DNA of 64,000 bases from assembly GCA_001724265.1 (NCBI GenBank), contig MEDY01000133.1:1-64000 (forward strand). The letters are read 5' to 3'. Source of the DNA: Rhizaria sp. SCN 62-66. Taxonomy: Eukaryota. The first letter of the stretch is position 1, and each line of letters opens with the position of its first letter. The notes beneath the pieces are model-generated. The model was not told the origin of the DNA, did not search any database, and saw nothing but the letters and a program-made list of their open reading frames with translations. This document shows, one piece after another, positions 36,510 through 49,260 of this stretch. A program made the position numbers and the translations under genes.

Positions 36510-38447
36510 TCAATCGGACTCGACAGTGATGCCCACGCAGTCGGCAAGCGCGCCCGCCACCGCTGCAAGCACCGTCTCTACAGTCACGCTACCATCGTCG
36601 CCACACTTGCTGTTCACCTTCTTGACGAGCTTGCCCACGGTCACCGCACCGCCCGCCTTGGCCAGCACAGCGACCACGGTCTCGGCCACCTTGCGCTGCG
36701 CACGGTCACTCTTACTCGCAGCGGTGACCGCAGTCTTGGCGGAGTCAGCGTCCGTCGCCAGACCGATCACGACGGCAGCGGCAGCGGGCTTAGAGCTACT
36801 GCTGCTGTTGTTGGTGGTGCTGCTCTGAGCGATGGCGGAGGCGGCGAGCGCGGCCGTCACAGGGGCGTTGTTAAGCGCCTTAGAGAGGCGCTTGGCGAGC
36901 TTAGTGAGAGTCAATGCACCGCCAGCGGCCGTCATGGTGGGTAACAGAACCTTGGTGGCTGCGCCAACGGTCGGGGCGAGGACGATCGTCGCCGTGTCAG
37001 AGCCGTCGGCGGTGTTGGAGGCGCTCTTGCTCTTCTTGCTCGTGTGCTCGACCGCAGCGCTCTCATTCTCCTTCGTATCCTTCTTGTCCTTCTTGTCCTT
37101 CTTATCCTTCTTGTCCTTCTTGTCCTTCTTGTCGTCGCTGTTTGAGGCCGGCGCCGCAGCAGCCTTCGCGTCCTTACCACCGACGAAGCACGAGATGACG
37201 GCACGGCGGAACGTCTGCGACTCTTGGAGAATTTCCTCGCTGCGGATACCAGTGTACTCTGGCACGCCGCCCTTACCCCAGTTCTTAGCCAGCTCTTCCT
37301 TGCTCTTGGCAGAGGGCGCGGCGGCGGGCTTCAGCTTCCGCAGCAGAGCCGCAGTCGCGTCAGCACGGTCACGGTCCTCATCGGACATCGCCTTCTGCGC
37401 CACAGCGGCGCGGTCGCGGCCCGTGGTTTCGACCTTGGTTGTGATCCCGGCGGCCGCGAGGGTGTTCTGGTGTGTGAGACGGTCAATCGCGTCTTGCTCG
37501 GCGTCGGTTGAGCCGAGGCCGCCGCGGGAGTTAGTGTACCCAAGACCAGAGGTACTCATGCTGCTGGAACTGTCCGTGTTGTTGTAGGCGGAGGCGTGGG
37601 ACATCATAGCGGCACCGCTGGCACCGAAGCCGAGGCCGCCGCGACCTGTGTGGGACATTCCCATCATCTGGTTATAGTACGCTTCTTGGTCGTTCATCGT
37701 GAAACCGCTGTTGCGGTGCTCACGGTCACTACTACTGCTCGAGCTAGAGCTAGAGCTGGAGTAGAAGGATGCGTTGTGTTGCGCGACACGGATCGCAGTA
37801 TCACCGAGCTTCTTGGCGAAATAATCAGTCATGCTGACTGTACTCTTGACAACCATGAGGTCCTCGTTGCTGCCATCGCCAACATCGTCGTTCGCATCTG
37901 CATCGTTGTTGCTGTTGTTGTTGCCGGTGGTCTTGCTGGCGGTAGAGCTAGAGTTGGAGCTGCGGCCCTGGATCTCGTTGAGGTGCGTGGAGTAGAGAGT
38001 CGGGTTGCGGGCCTTTGTGAACGCGGCCGTCAAGCGGCGCTTGGCCTTGGCAACCGTAAGCCGGCTTGAGATAGACATGCCGGCGTCAGCCGCGGTCATG
38101 GGAGCCTCAGCCTGGACGCCGCCGTCGCCCGTGGCGGCGATATCCGCGTTGCCGAAAGCGACGCGGGCGAGGATGTCGTTGTACACAGCCTGTGTGGCCA
38201 TCGCATTCTCGTCCTCTTGTGTCGCAGTGGCGCCGATGCCGAGGGTGTCGTTCTTCTTGCGCGCGGTGAGGTAGGAGGAGATGCCGGCTTCTTCCTTGCC
38301 GAGACCTTTGCCCTTGCTCCAGCCGAGCTTTTCCATCATACGGAAACCGAAGTTGGACTTCTCTTCTTCCCAGAACTTGTCGCCGTGGCGCGATGCCGAC
38401 ACGCGGTCGGACTTGAAGTCGGAGCTGGTCTGCACAGCCGACGCCAT
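36510..38447 (-). CDS. PINX1: G-patch protein, PINX1/Pxr1(Gno1)-like
   Basis: N-terminal G-patch FWEEEKSNFGFRMMEKLGWSKGKGLGKEEAGI...KKNDTLGIGA, followed by a KKD repeat tract as in Pxr1/Gno1. First ATG at 38447; stop TGA. Confidence 0.8.
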   Translation of the reverse strand: MASAVQTSSDFKSDRVSASRHGDKFWEEEKSNFGFRMMEKLGWSKGKGLGKEEAGISSYLTARKKNDTLGIGATATQEDENAMATQAVYNDILARVAFGNADIAATGDGGVQAEAPMTAADAGMSISSRLTVAKAKRRLTAAFTKARNPTLYSTHLNEIQGRSSNSSSTASKTTGNNNSNNDADANDDVGDGSNEDLMVVKSTVSMTDYFAKKLGDTAIRVAQHNASFYSSSSSSSSSSSDREHRNSGFTMNDQEAYYNQMMGMSHTGRGGLGFGASGAAMMSHASAYNNTDSSSSMSTSGLGYTNSRGGLGSTDAEQDAIDRLTHQNTLAAAGITTKVETTGRDRAAVAQKAMSDEDRDRADATAALLRKLKPAAAPSAKSKEELAKNWGKGGVPEYTGIRSEEILQESQTFRRAVISCFVGGKDAKAAAAPASNSDDKKDKKDKKDKKDKKDKKDTKENESAAVEHTSKKSKSASNTADGSDTATIVLAPTVGAATKVLLPTMTAAGGALTLTKLAKRLSKALNNAPVTAALAASAIAQSSTTNNSSSSSKPAAAAVVIGLATDADSAKTAVTAASKSDRAQRKVAETVVAVLAKAGGAVTVGKLVKKVNSKCGDDGSVTVETVLAAVAGALADCVGITVESD

Positions 38448-39019
38448 GATGCTTGCGATGCAAGAGAACGCGGAACGGGGGTAACGGGGAGGCGCAAAGG
38501 CGAAGGGAAGGAAGGGGGTGGGGTAGAGCTGCAGGGGAAGGAAAGAGGTGGCACAAGGATGGAGCTGTGAGCGCAAGGACAAGGAGTGGAAAAGTGTAAA
38601 AAGAGAAATTAAAGTGACAGTAGCGCAGCTAACTCTAGCTCTTGTCCACTAGAAATATATGGTCAGCTGGAAGCACACCAGACTCATTTGCGTCGCGCTT
38701 TGTCTCGCATTGCTACCAGTCGTCCCTCGCTGTCTCTCGATTTTTCGGAACCTCGCTTGCCTCCGACCGCAACTCCTACCAACCAGGGCTTTCTTGCAGG
38801 CAGGTCTACAGGCCCGCTATGACCGTCAATACTACTATATCTATGAAATTCGTACTGTGTGCTTTGTTTTTTGTTTGTCACTCTTTTAATTTGCTCTGCG
38901 GGCGCGGTCTTCCTGTGTTTATAGATGTTCCAGTCGACCCACTCGCTCACTCTCCTCGTCACTTCACATCAATCCCTTTTGCACCGCGTTGTCGCCCGAC
39001 TGTCGCCGTCGTAGCCTAC

Positions 39020-39611
39020 ATGTCGATCTCCAAGAGCACTCTTGCGATCTACCGCGACTGCATGCGTCTTATTGGTACGTATCCGTCATATTTCCTCTCA
39101 CATAGCTCTTCTTTGACACAGCCTGCAACATTTTCTCACTCGCACTCACTTGCTCCGGTGCATCGCTACTTTTTTCATCGTTGCTTAGACCACATGGCTG
39201 GTCGCTCTGCCAAGGCTACCCGTGTTCGTGACATTGTGCGCAGCGAGTTCCGCAAGCACAGTCTCGAAACTGAGCCTGAGAAGATCGAGACGCTCCGCAA
39301 CGGCGCCATTCAGGTCCGCTCTACAATCAACTAAACCCAAGAATTGGTGGCATATATTTTAATTTGAGACTTGTAACTCGAGTGTAATGCGACGGCGTGC
39401 AGTATCTATGTTTTTGTTGGGTTTGGGCTCTAATATCTTTTATCTTTATTGTGTTCAACCTCTTTATTTTTTCTCGCAGGGCCTTGCTAACTACCTGACT
39501 GTTGACAGTGTCTCTAAGCTCAAGCGGAAGCAGTTTTCAGAGACCAACACCGCTGTCTCTGGCTCAGGCGCCTCTGCGAACAGCGATGGGAGCAATACTC
39601 AGCAGCAGTAA
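39020..39611 (+). CDS. LYR-motif (Complex1_LYR) protein, ~103 aa, 3 exons
   Basis: Exons 39020-39074, 39189-39313 and 39480-39611 give MSISKSTLAIYRDCMRLIDHMAGRSAKATRVRDIVRSEFRKHSLETEPEKIETLRNGAIQGLANYL..., a LYR pattern (L.YR...R.EFR...D/E...I). Stop TAA. Confidence 0.85.
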
Positions 39612-40414
39612 GCAATGCGCAAGCCTGCATGCTTTGATGAGCTCCCTCATGTTCCAGAAGACATGACTTAAATGTCATGCAGAAACGAAACAGTACATGC
39701 TTCCTATGCTCAAAGGATACGTGTAGTGACATATATATTCGATTATCTAGCATATCACCATCAAATTATGAACATCAGTTCTGTGTTCGCAGCAATACAT
39801 CAACACCCGTAACACCGAAGATTTGAGTCAATTTTGACTCATCGAATCTTTTGTACTCTGGCTACGAACTTACATTGTCCTTGTTTAAGTTTGATGTGTA
39901 TGTGAAATGAATATTCAGCAGCATAGTCCGCTTACTCATAAGCTTATATGTATAAACCAGATCTCGCTCTGTTCTTCAAGCATACCACAATCAACAACAA
40001 CTAACATAATCTCAAACACACAGAGTGCATCCTTCCATCACAATGTCACTTACATTGCTTGCCAGTCGAGTTACTATGACCGCACCGACATGTAGCATCC
40101 ATGTACATGGGCATCTGATTATACTCTTTAGCTGGCACAAGCATCGCAAGCAATCCGAACGAAACTCATAAAATCCACAACACGTTATTCGTGAACGCAG
40201 TACTTACATCACGTCTAAGTATCTAAGTACCAAACAACACCAAAATAGACGACAAAAACGAAAAAACAACAGCAACGACAATCCACAAATGTAGTCTACT
40301 AATTCGCGTAAACAACAACAACAACAAAGGCAATTTTGCTCTCAGCGTTCAGCCTTACATAAAAAGCGACTTTACTTTTACTCAAAGAAGAAACTAAAAG
40401 CTCGTATTACTTGC

Positions 40415-42154
40415 TTACTCGGGCTTAGCAGAAGTAACCTTACCCTCAACCTGAGCCTCCGCAGCAGCAACAGCAGCAGAAGCGGGGGCAGCGGCATCAT
40501 CAGTCTCGGCGACATCATCAGTCTCGGCGGCCTCAGCAGTCTTGGTCTCAGTCTCTGCCTTAGGGGACTCAGCCTTAGGGGACTCAGCCTTAGGGGACTC
40601 AGCCTTAGGGGACTCAGCCTTAGGGGACTCAGCCTTAGGGGCGTCAGCAGCCTTCTCAGCATCCGCGGCAGGAGCAGGAGCAGCAGCGGCGGCGGCGGGG
40701 TCGGCGGCGGCGGGAGATGCAGGGGCAGGCGCACCAGAGAGACTGCTGCTCACTGTCACACCCTCCCCGGTGGCGGTATCGCCATCGACCTCCGCAGCGC
40801 GCTTGGCAAGCAAGGCCTGACGCTCCTCGAGGAAGTTCTGGAAGATGTCGTCATACTCGCCGCCCTCAGCGTTGGCGCCCTTGAAGTTGCCGATGAAGCA
40901 CGGGGCTTCCTTGGTGTACTTACAGTTGCCGCCAAGGAAATCGGGGAGCTGGTCTTTGTCGATCACCTCGAGGAGCTCCTTGGTGTCCTTGCACCAGCGG
41001 ATACGCGACTTGGTGGTGTTGTCAATCCACGGGGACGCGATGGTCCAGATGGCTTTGACGATGAAGCCGGCGTTGACGACGTACATCTTGTGCAGGGTCT
41101 CCGGGTACTTGGTCTGGTCGATGTCGATGAGCTCCTTGATGGGACCGTAGAACTTCTTGGTGAAATGGGAGAAACCGAAGTCGTCGAGATCCATGATGAC
41201 GACGTGCTTGTATGTGCGGCGGCCCAGCTTCTGCGACAGCTTGATCTTGGCGTCGTTCATCCACTCCATCGTCTGGATATGGAGATCAAGATACTCGTCC
41301 ATGGTGAACTTGGCGTGGAGCTCCTTGGGGGAAACCTGACCGGGGCGGTCGATGTAGATGACGTGGCCGTCCTTGGAGACACCGTGCATGCCGTGGGGCC
41401 ACATGCGGATGAACTCCTCGCGGCGCGGGTACGCCGTCGCGGCGATCTCGTCGACCTAGATAGCGAAGCGAGCGAAAAGACAAGAAAGGGATATATAAGG
41501 CGAAGAACGATGAGTGTAGAGATAAAAGAAAGAAATTAGATAGTATCACGCAGTGGTATATGTCTGGGTTGAGTGTCATTGTGAATAGTTGTGTTCGTAA
41601 AAGATGAAACAAGGCGATGAATAAAAATGCATATCGAGAAGGTCTGTTTAGTTGTTTTGCTTCGTGTTTTGATAGATGTGCGCACCTTCTTCTCCTTGCG
41701 CCAGGCAAGGCACTTGTCAATGGTATCGAAGGCCAGCTGGGCGGGGTTCTCCTCGTTGACGTAGCCTGTGATGTCATGTCGACGCAGAAAGCGAACAAGT
41801 CAGAGAGAAAGCAAGAGACGTTAAAAAGAAAAGAGCGATGAGCAGTTCTGGTCAACTTAGGGGCCACATATTACAGGCAAGTTCAGAGTTTAAAGGAATA
41901 GCAGGTTTGCATGTCGAGAGATTACGCCTGTTATTGTGGGGATAAATGTGTTTTAGTTTAAGGGATATCGGCTTTGTGGAGATATGAAGGAAAATAGACG
42001 TACCGCGGATGAAGCGGAGGAGGATGAGCTCGTCCATGCCAGCCTCCTTAATGCGGTCGCCCATCTTCTCGTAGATGTGGTCAAGCTGCTTGCGCTCCGA
42101 GTCGGAGATAGGGTCCGTCTCGGGAATCGTGATCTTCTCGCCCTTCTTGCTCAT
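40415..42154 (-). CDS. Sec14/CRAL-TRIO lipid-binding protein, ~423 aa, 3 exons
   Basis: Exons 42154-42004, 41765-41686 and 41455-40415. Motifs LLRFIRG, CLAWRKE, HGVSKDGHVIYIDRPG, VIMDL, YPETLHKMYVVNA, LPDFLGG. Acidic Ala-rich tail; stop TAA. Confidence 0.92.
40557..40641 (-). repeat. 15-bp tandem repeat encoding (AESPK)n
   Basis: Five perfect copies of GCCTTAGGGGACTCA plus a partial copy, in the Sec14 tail. Confidence 0.95.
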
Positions 42155-42584
42155 GGTCGTGGCTGCGGGGGTGCAAGGGACAAAGACGGGAAAGGGTGAG
42201 GCAAGTGGAGGGTGCTTGTGCGTCAGCAAATCGAAAAAATGGAAACCCGCATGAAGATGGGGGCTGTATGAACATTAATATGAATCACAAAGATAATGAT
42301 ACGTATTCTACCGGAATATCGCGAGGATATACCTAATCAACGCCTGTGAACCGAGGATAATGGCGACTAGAATGCGGCAAGGGGTCACTATTCGCAGAGG
42401 CCAACAACCAAAATCAAAATGTCGACCAGCGAGTCAGTTCCGAAAAAAAGCGCAGACTCCAGCGCGGGGGGTAACGACTAGTAGGCTTTACAAAGTGGGC
42501 TGAAACGACGTGAGCTTTCCGTCAGTAGGAAATTCCTTTCGGCTAAAGGTAAATCGGACGTCTTACCGTTGTAAACGCGGAAAA

Positions 42585-43420
42585 ATGGAGGCGATTTCCC
42601 CTTCGCATATCCGCGAGCTGTCGTCTCTTTTCTCCCGTCTCGACCCGCGCCAGACTGGCCTCTTACTCGCTCCCGAGATCAGCGCCCTGCTCGCCACTCT
42701 GGGCGTCACCGTCGCCCCGCACGAAGTCAAGCCGTTTCTCTCTTCCCTTGGCCTGGGCGGGCAAACGGCGGACGGCGAAGCGAGTCTCACGTTCACAGGG
42801 TTCGTCGCACTGTTGTCCCTTCCCCTCGAGAGCAACGAAGCCCCCTCTGCAGCGCCCCATCTCGCTGCCGCCACGGCTGCGCTTTTCCCCTCCGTGCCTG
42901 TCGCGCTGAGTGACGCGGCGGAGCGGGATGTTGTGCGTGCGTTTGCGTTGATGGATAAAGACGGCGACGGTGCGCTGAACAAGAGCGATTTATTGGCAGC
43001 GCTTGCTGAGCTTGACCCCAGCATCACTCCGTTACAAGTACGTATTTGACCACATGAATGGTGTTATCTCGAAACAAAACTGAACTATTTTATACAATTG
43101 TACCTACGCAATATTTCATCTTAAATCCACCTGCTCATATGTCTGTCATATCTGCTTCATATGCTGTTTTGTCATAGATCGATGAGATGTTACGCGAAGT
43201 TGGCACTGCCATGACGACATCAGCAGCTCAGAACAACGCTGGGGGGAATAGTAGCAATAACGGTAGCTTTACGATGAACGGCAACACCGTGAGTGGGTAT
43301 GGCAACGGGATTAATGGCGGCAATGGGGCTAAGGCCGTGACATTGCCTGTCTTTGCAGAGCTTGTTGGTGTCTCGACCACTGCCACCACAGTGCCAAACA
43401 ACAACAGCAAACGTGTATGA
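42585..43420 (+). CDS. Calmodulin/centrin-like EF-hand protein, ~231 aa, 2 exons
   Basis: Exons 42585-43037 and 43178-43420. Motifs ELSSLFSRLDPRQTG, VRAFALMDKDGDGALNKSDL and QIDEMLREV. Stop TGA. Confidence 0.82.
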
Positions 43421-44307
43421 GTCGACTACGGCACACGAAGCGATTGCGTTGACCGCCAGAGACTGCGACTATTGAGCACAAAGAGGCTCTTAAAGTCACC
43501 ACGGCATCAAGACGCGTACTTGGGCAGCTAGGTCAGTTTTGAGCATATAGCACTGCCAATATGCAATATGTAAACAGTCTGTAATCCTACATGCGGTATC
43601 CATCACATATTATGCGGTCTCATGTCATTGTGCAAGTGCTTATGCGTCATGCAGCTGAGTTTGGAGGCCAGAAGCCACCAGTTACATAGTTTAGAAAACC
43701 TCCGATTTGCAAGGTTATATAGCGCCCACCTTCCGCAAAAATACATTAGCCTCATTGATCTTGCCATGTTCTATATTATAATATTGCCTCGATACGCCTA
43801 GATATTGCTTTAGGTTGCTTAGTGCGTGTTTAAGAGAGACTTATGACAGTTGTGACCCTGACCACTGAATGGTGAGCAGTTGCCTCGGCGGTTGCAAAGG
43901 GGAAGGCCATCGGAGACTGGGCTAAAGGGAGATTGAATTAAACGTGGAACGAATCGAAGCCGCGAGCCAAGACCGTGCTTTCTGATGAGAATGTGTGTTG
44001 AATTGATGTGTGTAATTATAGCATCACAAGGATTGTGTGTCTATAGTGTGGAAATCCCTGCGAGGAAAGACACATGCGATTCGGGGTGTGATCCTTTCGT
44101 CGTCCTTGCTTTCACGTTCTGTATCCGCCCTCCATTGCATTTCTTAGGCGCATGCGCCATCCAGACACGAAATGACTCTGTAGTCTCATTAATCCTCTTG
44201 TTTTATCTTTTGAAACGCATCTCTCGCAGCTACACCACCGCAGTCGCGCCTATCTTCAACACCCAACCTCGCTCGCGCCCCGCTCGCTGCTGTCACACAC
44301 GTCCACG

Positions 44308-47300
44308 ATGAGTGATCTCGAGGCGATCCGCCAGCGCACCGAAGACAAACGCCGCAAGCTTGAGGAGATCCGCCGCAAGAAGGCTCTCCGTGAGGAAGCC
44401 TCTAAGCAGCACGCTGCGGAAGTCCTCGCCTCCTCCGCCTCGTACAAAGGTAAGCAAATCGCTCTCTAACAACAATCGTCTCTAGCTCCGCACAATCTCA
44501 AGCAATCCTTCTCAAACTTAACATTTTGATATTTAGCGTTGCTCCTTTGCTAAAATTTCTAACACGGCTCATACAACATTTGTCTCGCTTTGATCTGTCT
44601 TTTGTCTTGCTTTTCATCTGCATCTGCGCTTCAATGTTACAGCTGAAGAGACCGCCGATGACCTCCTGAAGTCCATCGACGCCCTCGTCGGCGACCAATA
44701 CGCCGCCCCCTCCGCCTCCGTGACCCCCGCCGCCCCCGCTGCATCCACAGCCCCTGCACAGTCAGCTTTCTCCGCACTCATCGCCCATCCCGCAGCCTCA
44801 ACCTCAACTTCGACCTCGACCTCGTCAGTCGCTGCGGCCCCCTCCGCCGCCGCCGTGGCCGCGGCCGTGGCGGCGTCGATCCAGGAATACGTGCCTTCTC
44901 GCGCTGACGCGGTAGTCCTGGCCATCGGTCCCGGTGAGTCCATCTCGATCCCCCCGCAGCCGCGCGCTGTGACGTACTCACAAGAGGTGCAAACCGACTT
45001 GGCAGGAGCGCTGGACCGCGATGTGATCATCGCTGCCGCGCCCTCAGCAGGCGGCGCAGGCGCAAAGTACGTTTACTTCTCTGTTACAGCAGAAACAACA
45101 ACAAAAAACTCGACAAGTCCCAGACATCGTCCTTCTCTGCTCTTGAATATGACTTTAAAGTGGTAAATCTCGCAATAACTGCAGCATGGTGCTGAACTAT
45201 CTTCTGATAAGCGTGTATTAAATGTTTTAAATCGGTTTGTTTAGTATGTTTTGGGAATATTATCATCTCATCCAACTATATCCTGCAAATCATCCCTTTT
45301 CTCTTCTGCTTCGCTCTTTGCTTTGTGCTTTCTTAGTGGTGCCCCAAGAGGCTTCCAGTCCTCTGCCGCAACTGGTGCGAGCGCTGAAGAGGACGAAGAC
45401 CTCAAGCAGCGCGTCGCCCGCGTCCGCGCCCTCGAAACCGCGAACGCTGATCTCCGCAAGACTTCCCACTCTCTCCAGTCACAACTCGAAGCCGCTGCTG
45501 CCAAGAACAGTGAGCTCCAAGCCAAGCTCTCCCCTCCGACCCCCGCGCCCCTGACCGCGGCCGAGGAATCGAAGCTCGTCGCGTCCGAGGCGTTCCGCGA
45601 GTCTCTGTCCCGGTCGCTGAAGCTGGTCGAGCGGACCCTCTGGGCTGAGTCGGCGGGTGCCACGGGGTCTGAGGCCGCTGCGGCTGCAGCCGCGCTGGCG
45701 GCGGATTACACCGCAGACCCGTCCTCAACCGCGCTCATGGTCGCGCAGAGCGGCGGGATCTCGGCTTCTGCGGCCGCGCTGACTGTGGGCGTTGATGGGG
45801 GGGTGATTGGCGAGCCGGCGACGGCGGCCGTGCAGACGGTGCTCCACCTCCCCAAGGTCACTCGGTACGTTTCTCACCTCACTGCATAACGCTTTAAGCT
45901 GACATATCGATACTCTGTAGATACTCATTTGATATTCGTTAAACAATTAAGTATATACTTGCTTTATTTACTGAACTGTTTCGTTTTACTTTACAATATA
46001 CTCATATACGTCTTCTGTATGCCCTTTTTGTCTCTTTGTCAACCCTGTGTCGATCAACATGCACTGCACCTGCGCCTCGCTCACAGTCACCGCGCTGTGG
46101 CCGCCGTGGCGTGGTCCCGCGCCCACCCTGAGCTTGTCGCCGTTGCCTACAGCTCTCTCAACGATCCCCTGGCGCGTGAGCCCGATGGCCTCGTCCTCGT
46201 CTGGAACCGTTTTGTGCCGACGAGGCCCGAGTTTGAGCTCCGGTGTGAGGCTGCTGTAACTGCGATCGCGTTCTCGACCACCGATCCCCGTCAGGTACGT
46301 CCATTTTTTCGTTGTGGTATAGCTCACTAATTTGACCTTGTCTGCAACTTAAAGTGAACTATTTACGTAACTTTATGCGAGATGTAACACTACATCTATA
46401 TCCGTCTTCGCTCAAAATCAATGTGAGCCTCGATGTGACTAAACCTTGTCTTTTACCTTGTTTTTGCGCTGTATTACAACAGGTTATTGGCGGCACTGCG
46501 ACTGGCCAGGTCCTGATCTGGGACTTCCGCGCCCCCTCCGCCCCTCTCGCCCGCTCTTCCCTCGCCTCGGGCCCCACACTCCCCGTCGTTGCCCTGCAGC
46601 TGATTCCTCACGCGGCCGGTGAAGCCGCCGCTGTGACCGTGACGTCTGACGGCCGCGTGTGCACGTGGGCTCTCCGCGACTTGCTGGAGCCGCTCACCCT
46701 CACCCGCATCGACGCCCCGCACAACGCGAACCCGGGCAACGCCATCGCAGGCGCCCTCACCGCCGGGCAGGGCGTTCTCTCGGCCGCTGGCATCTCCGCC
46801 GGCGATCTCTGCGTGACAGCCGCCGCCTTCCCGTCCCGTGACTCGGCCCACGCCGTGCTGGCGGGCACTGAGGAAGGGCTGATGACGCTGTGTAAGCTAA
46901 AGGCCGATGCGCCGGGCGCGTGCGCGGCGTGGGGAAGCACGGCCGCCAGGGGCGCGCCGGTCACCGCGGTCGCATTTCAGGTACGTGTGTGTCGTAGGAC
47001 CGAAAAATAACAAAGCAGAAAGCACCTACGGTTGAAATGCTCTGAACTATGAAATGTTGCTTTGATGTGCCTGTGGGTCGATATGCGGGCATTCCGATGT
47101 TAAACTCAATAATACTGGGGTCAAATTGTTTAGTGTAGTATATTATTGTAAACTAGACTTGTATATATGGATGTAATCTCACAAGATATCACCTTATTGT
47201 TTTTATTTCTCACTTGATTTAGGCACATGACCGTGAGCGCGGCCTGACTTCTGACCTCGTACTCGTGGGTTCCATGGACTGGTCCCTGCACGTGTGCCTC

Positions 47301-48095
47301 TTGGGCTCCGTCCCTCTGACCGCTGACAAGACTGTGACCGCCGCCGCTCTCGCCGCTGCCTCCAAGATCTACTCAAACAACACCAGCAGCAGCAACTCTC
47401 GTATGTCATCTGCGGCCAACAACGCCACTGTCGCCGTCGCTGTGCCCGGGGGCAGCGTCGGTCAAAACCTCCTCACCATCACTGCCGCCAAGGACGCTGT
47501 CACCGCTGCTGCATGGTCACCGCGCCACCCTGCTGCCTTTGCTGCTGCAGATGCCACGGGGCGACTTAACTTCTTCGATCTGCTGCGTGATACCGAGGCG
47601 CCTGTGACGGGGATCACGATCCGCGAACTCACGAGTACTGGTGGCAACACCACCGCGGGTACGACCGGTACCGATAATAATAATAACAACAACAACAGCG
47701 TCGTGAGTGCCCTGGCGGTCGGTGCCATGGCCAAGGCTCTCGGCCTCGGTCCGTCCGCCTCGGCAAGCGGCCTAACTTCCTCCGCCTCGGCGGCGGCAGG
47801 CGGCTTGACTTCCGACGGCGCTGCCCAGGGCGTGAACCGCATCGAGTGGTCAACCGACGGTGCGCATCTGGCTGTTGGCACCACTGCCGGCGCACTGCAT
47901 ATCGTAGCAGTCGGTGGCTCTCTGCTCAAGGTTGTTCCCAAGGCTAGTGAGAGGCTGTCTGCACTGAAGCTGCGCCTGGCGTCTGGCGCGGCGGCGGCGG
48001 CGGCGGCGGAGGCAGAAGCGGACGCGCTTGCAGCGGCGGCGGCGGCGGCTGGTGGGGCGACTGAGAGGAAGGAGGATACCCCGATCGCGGCTTAA
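44308..48095 (+). CDS. Cytoplasmic dynein intermediate chain (WD40), ~890 aa, 6 exons
   Basis: Exons 44308-44449, 44643-45066, 45337-45864, 46087-46294, 46483-46980 and 47223-48095. N-terminal charged helix (EDKRRKLEEIRRKK), LC8-type site TYSQEVQT, and DIC motifs LVERTL, WSRAHPELVAVAY, PDGLVLVWN, GGTATGQVLIWD, SMDWS, WSPRHPAAFA. Stop TAA. Confidence 0.9.
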
Positions 48096-49260
48096 CTTGG
48101 AGAGTTAGGGCAAAGGTGGCTTCGCTTCTTCGTACGATTGTAAGGAGAGAGATTTTGACTGTGTACCGTTGTAATACGCTTTGTTTTGCTGTTCTATTTT
48201 GTTCTGTTTTTGTTTTCTTTCTTGCTCGACTTTTAAGAATGTTTCTATTGTTCGATCACCCTATTTGCGAAGATAGGATTGGCAAATGATCAAGTGTGTT
48301 GGACCGAATGTCTGAGTTGCTGTCGCCTTCGTGTGTCCCATCCGTGAGCAATAACACTTAAATTACGCTTATAAATACATGCATTGGTCCTAATACACGA
48401 AAACACGAGTGTTCTCGAAGTTTATCTGTTGTTTGTGCGATCGTGAGTACTGAAGTGTGAGGAAAGAGTGAATAGCTCAAAGAATACAAACATTTACAAC
48501 GCATCAGTCAAACTTTTTAGACAGATCTACAAGTTATTTTGTACAATTCGAAAGTATTATGAATCTCAAAGCGTGTATACGGCTGCAAAGCATGGACGAC
48601 ATAAGTGTTCTACACTTGTGGTGATGTTAATAAATCGGTGCATATCCGCGGACAATGAACTCATAATGGTAAGAAAGTTGCATTCAGTCTAGTTAGGCAT
48701 TGTTTTATATGTGACGTTTGTGTAGCATCGTGTGATACGCTTATTACGCCGAGATACGTATGATAATGTGCTCAATTTGCGGTTCTTACGTTTTCGCGGC
48801 TCTGACTGGCAGCGAGCTCCTTTGAATCGAAGACGGAGTCGTTGAATGGTTCTATAACTTCCACGATGCATAATATTGTAATTTATATCAAGAATTGATA
48901 TTTCACTTTGGTTTAGTTTGTCACATTGCTATTGACGGTGTTTGCAGTTTGTTCTATTCAAAATTCGACTGTCATGCGCACTTCGCAAGTCAGCAAACTG
49001 GAACAAGCATAATTGCAGCTGTATCGCATCGCCACTGAGCCCCTAACCGAAACTAGATAAGCCCGCCAATATTAATCTATGTATAGAGCCTTTAACATAC
49101 TTGTTGTGTTCTGTAGATATGCTTGTGTCGCTATAGAGAGCAAAATGCGTTTTGCCACAGGCACCACGCACCTCCCTGCTGTTCACCCTCACACGTTCGC
49201 TCACAACTCTCTCAAATCTCACACATTATCCCTATAAATTGATGTTGCCGCTTCTTATGG

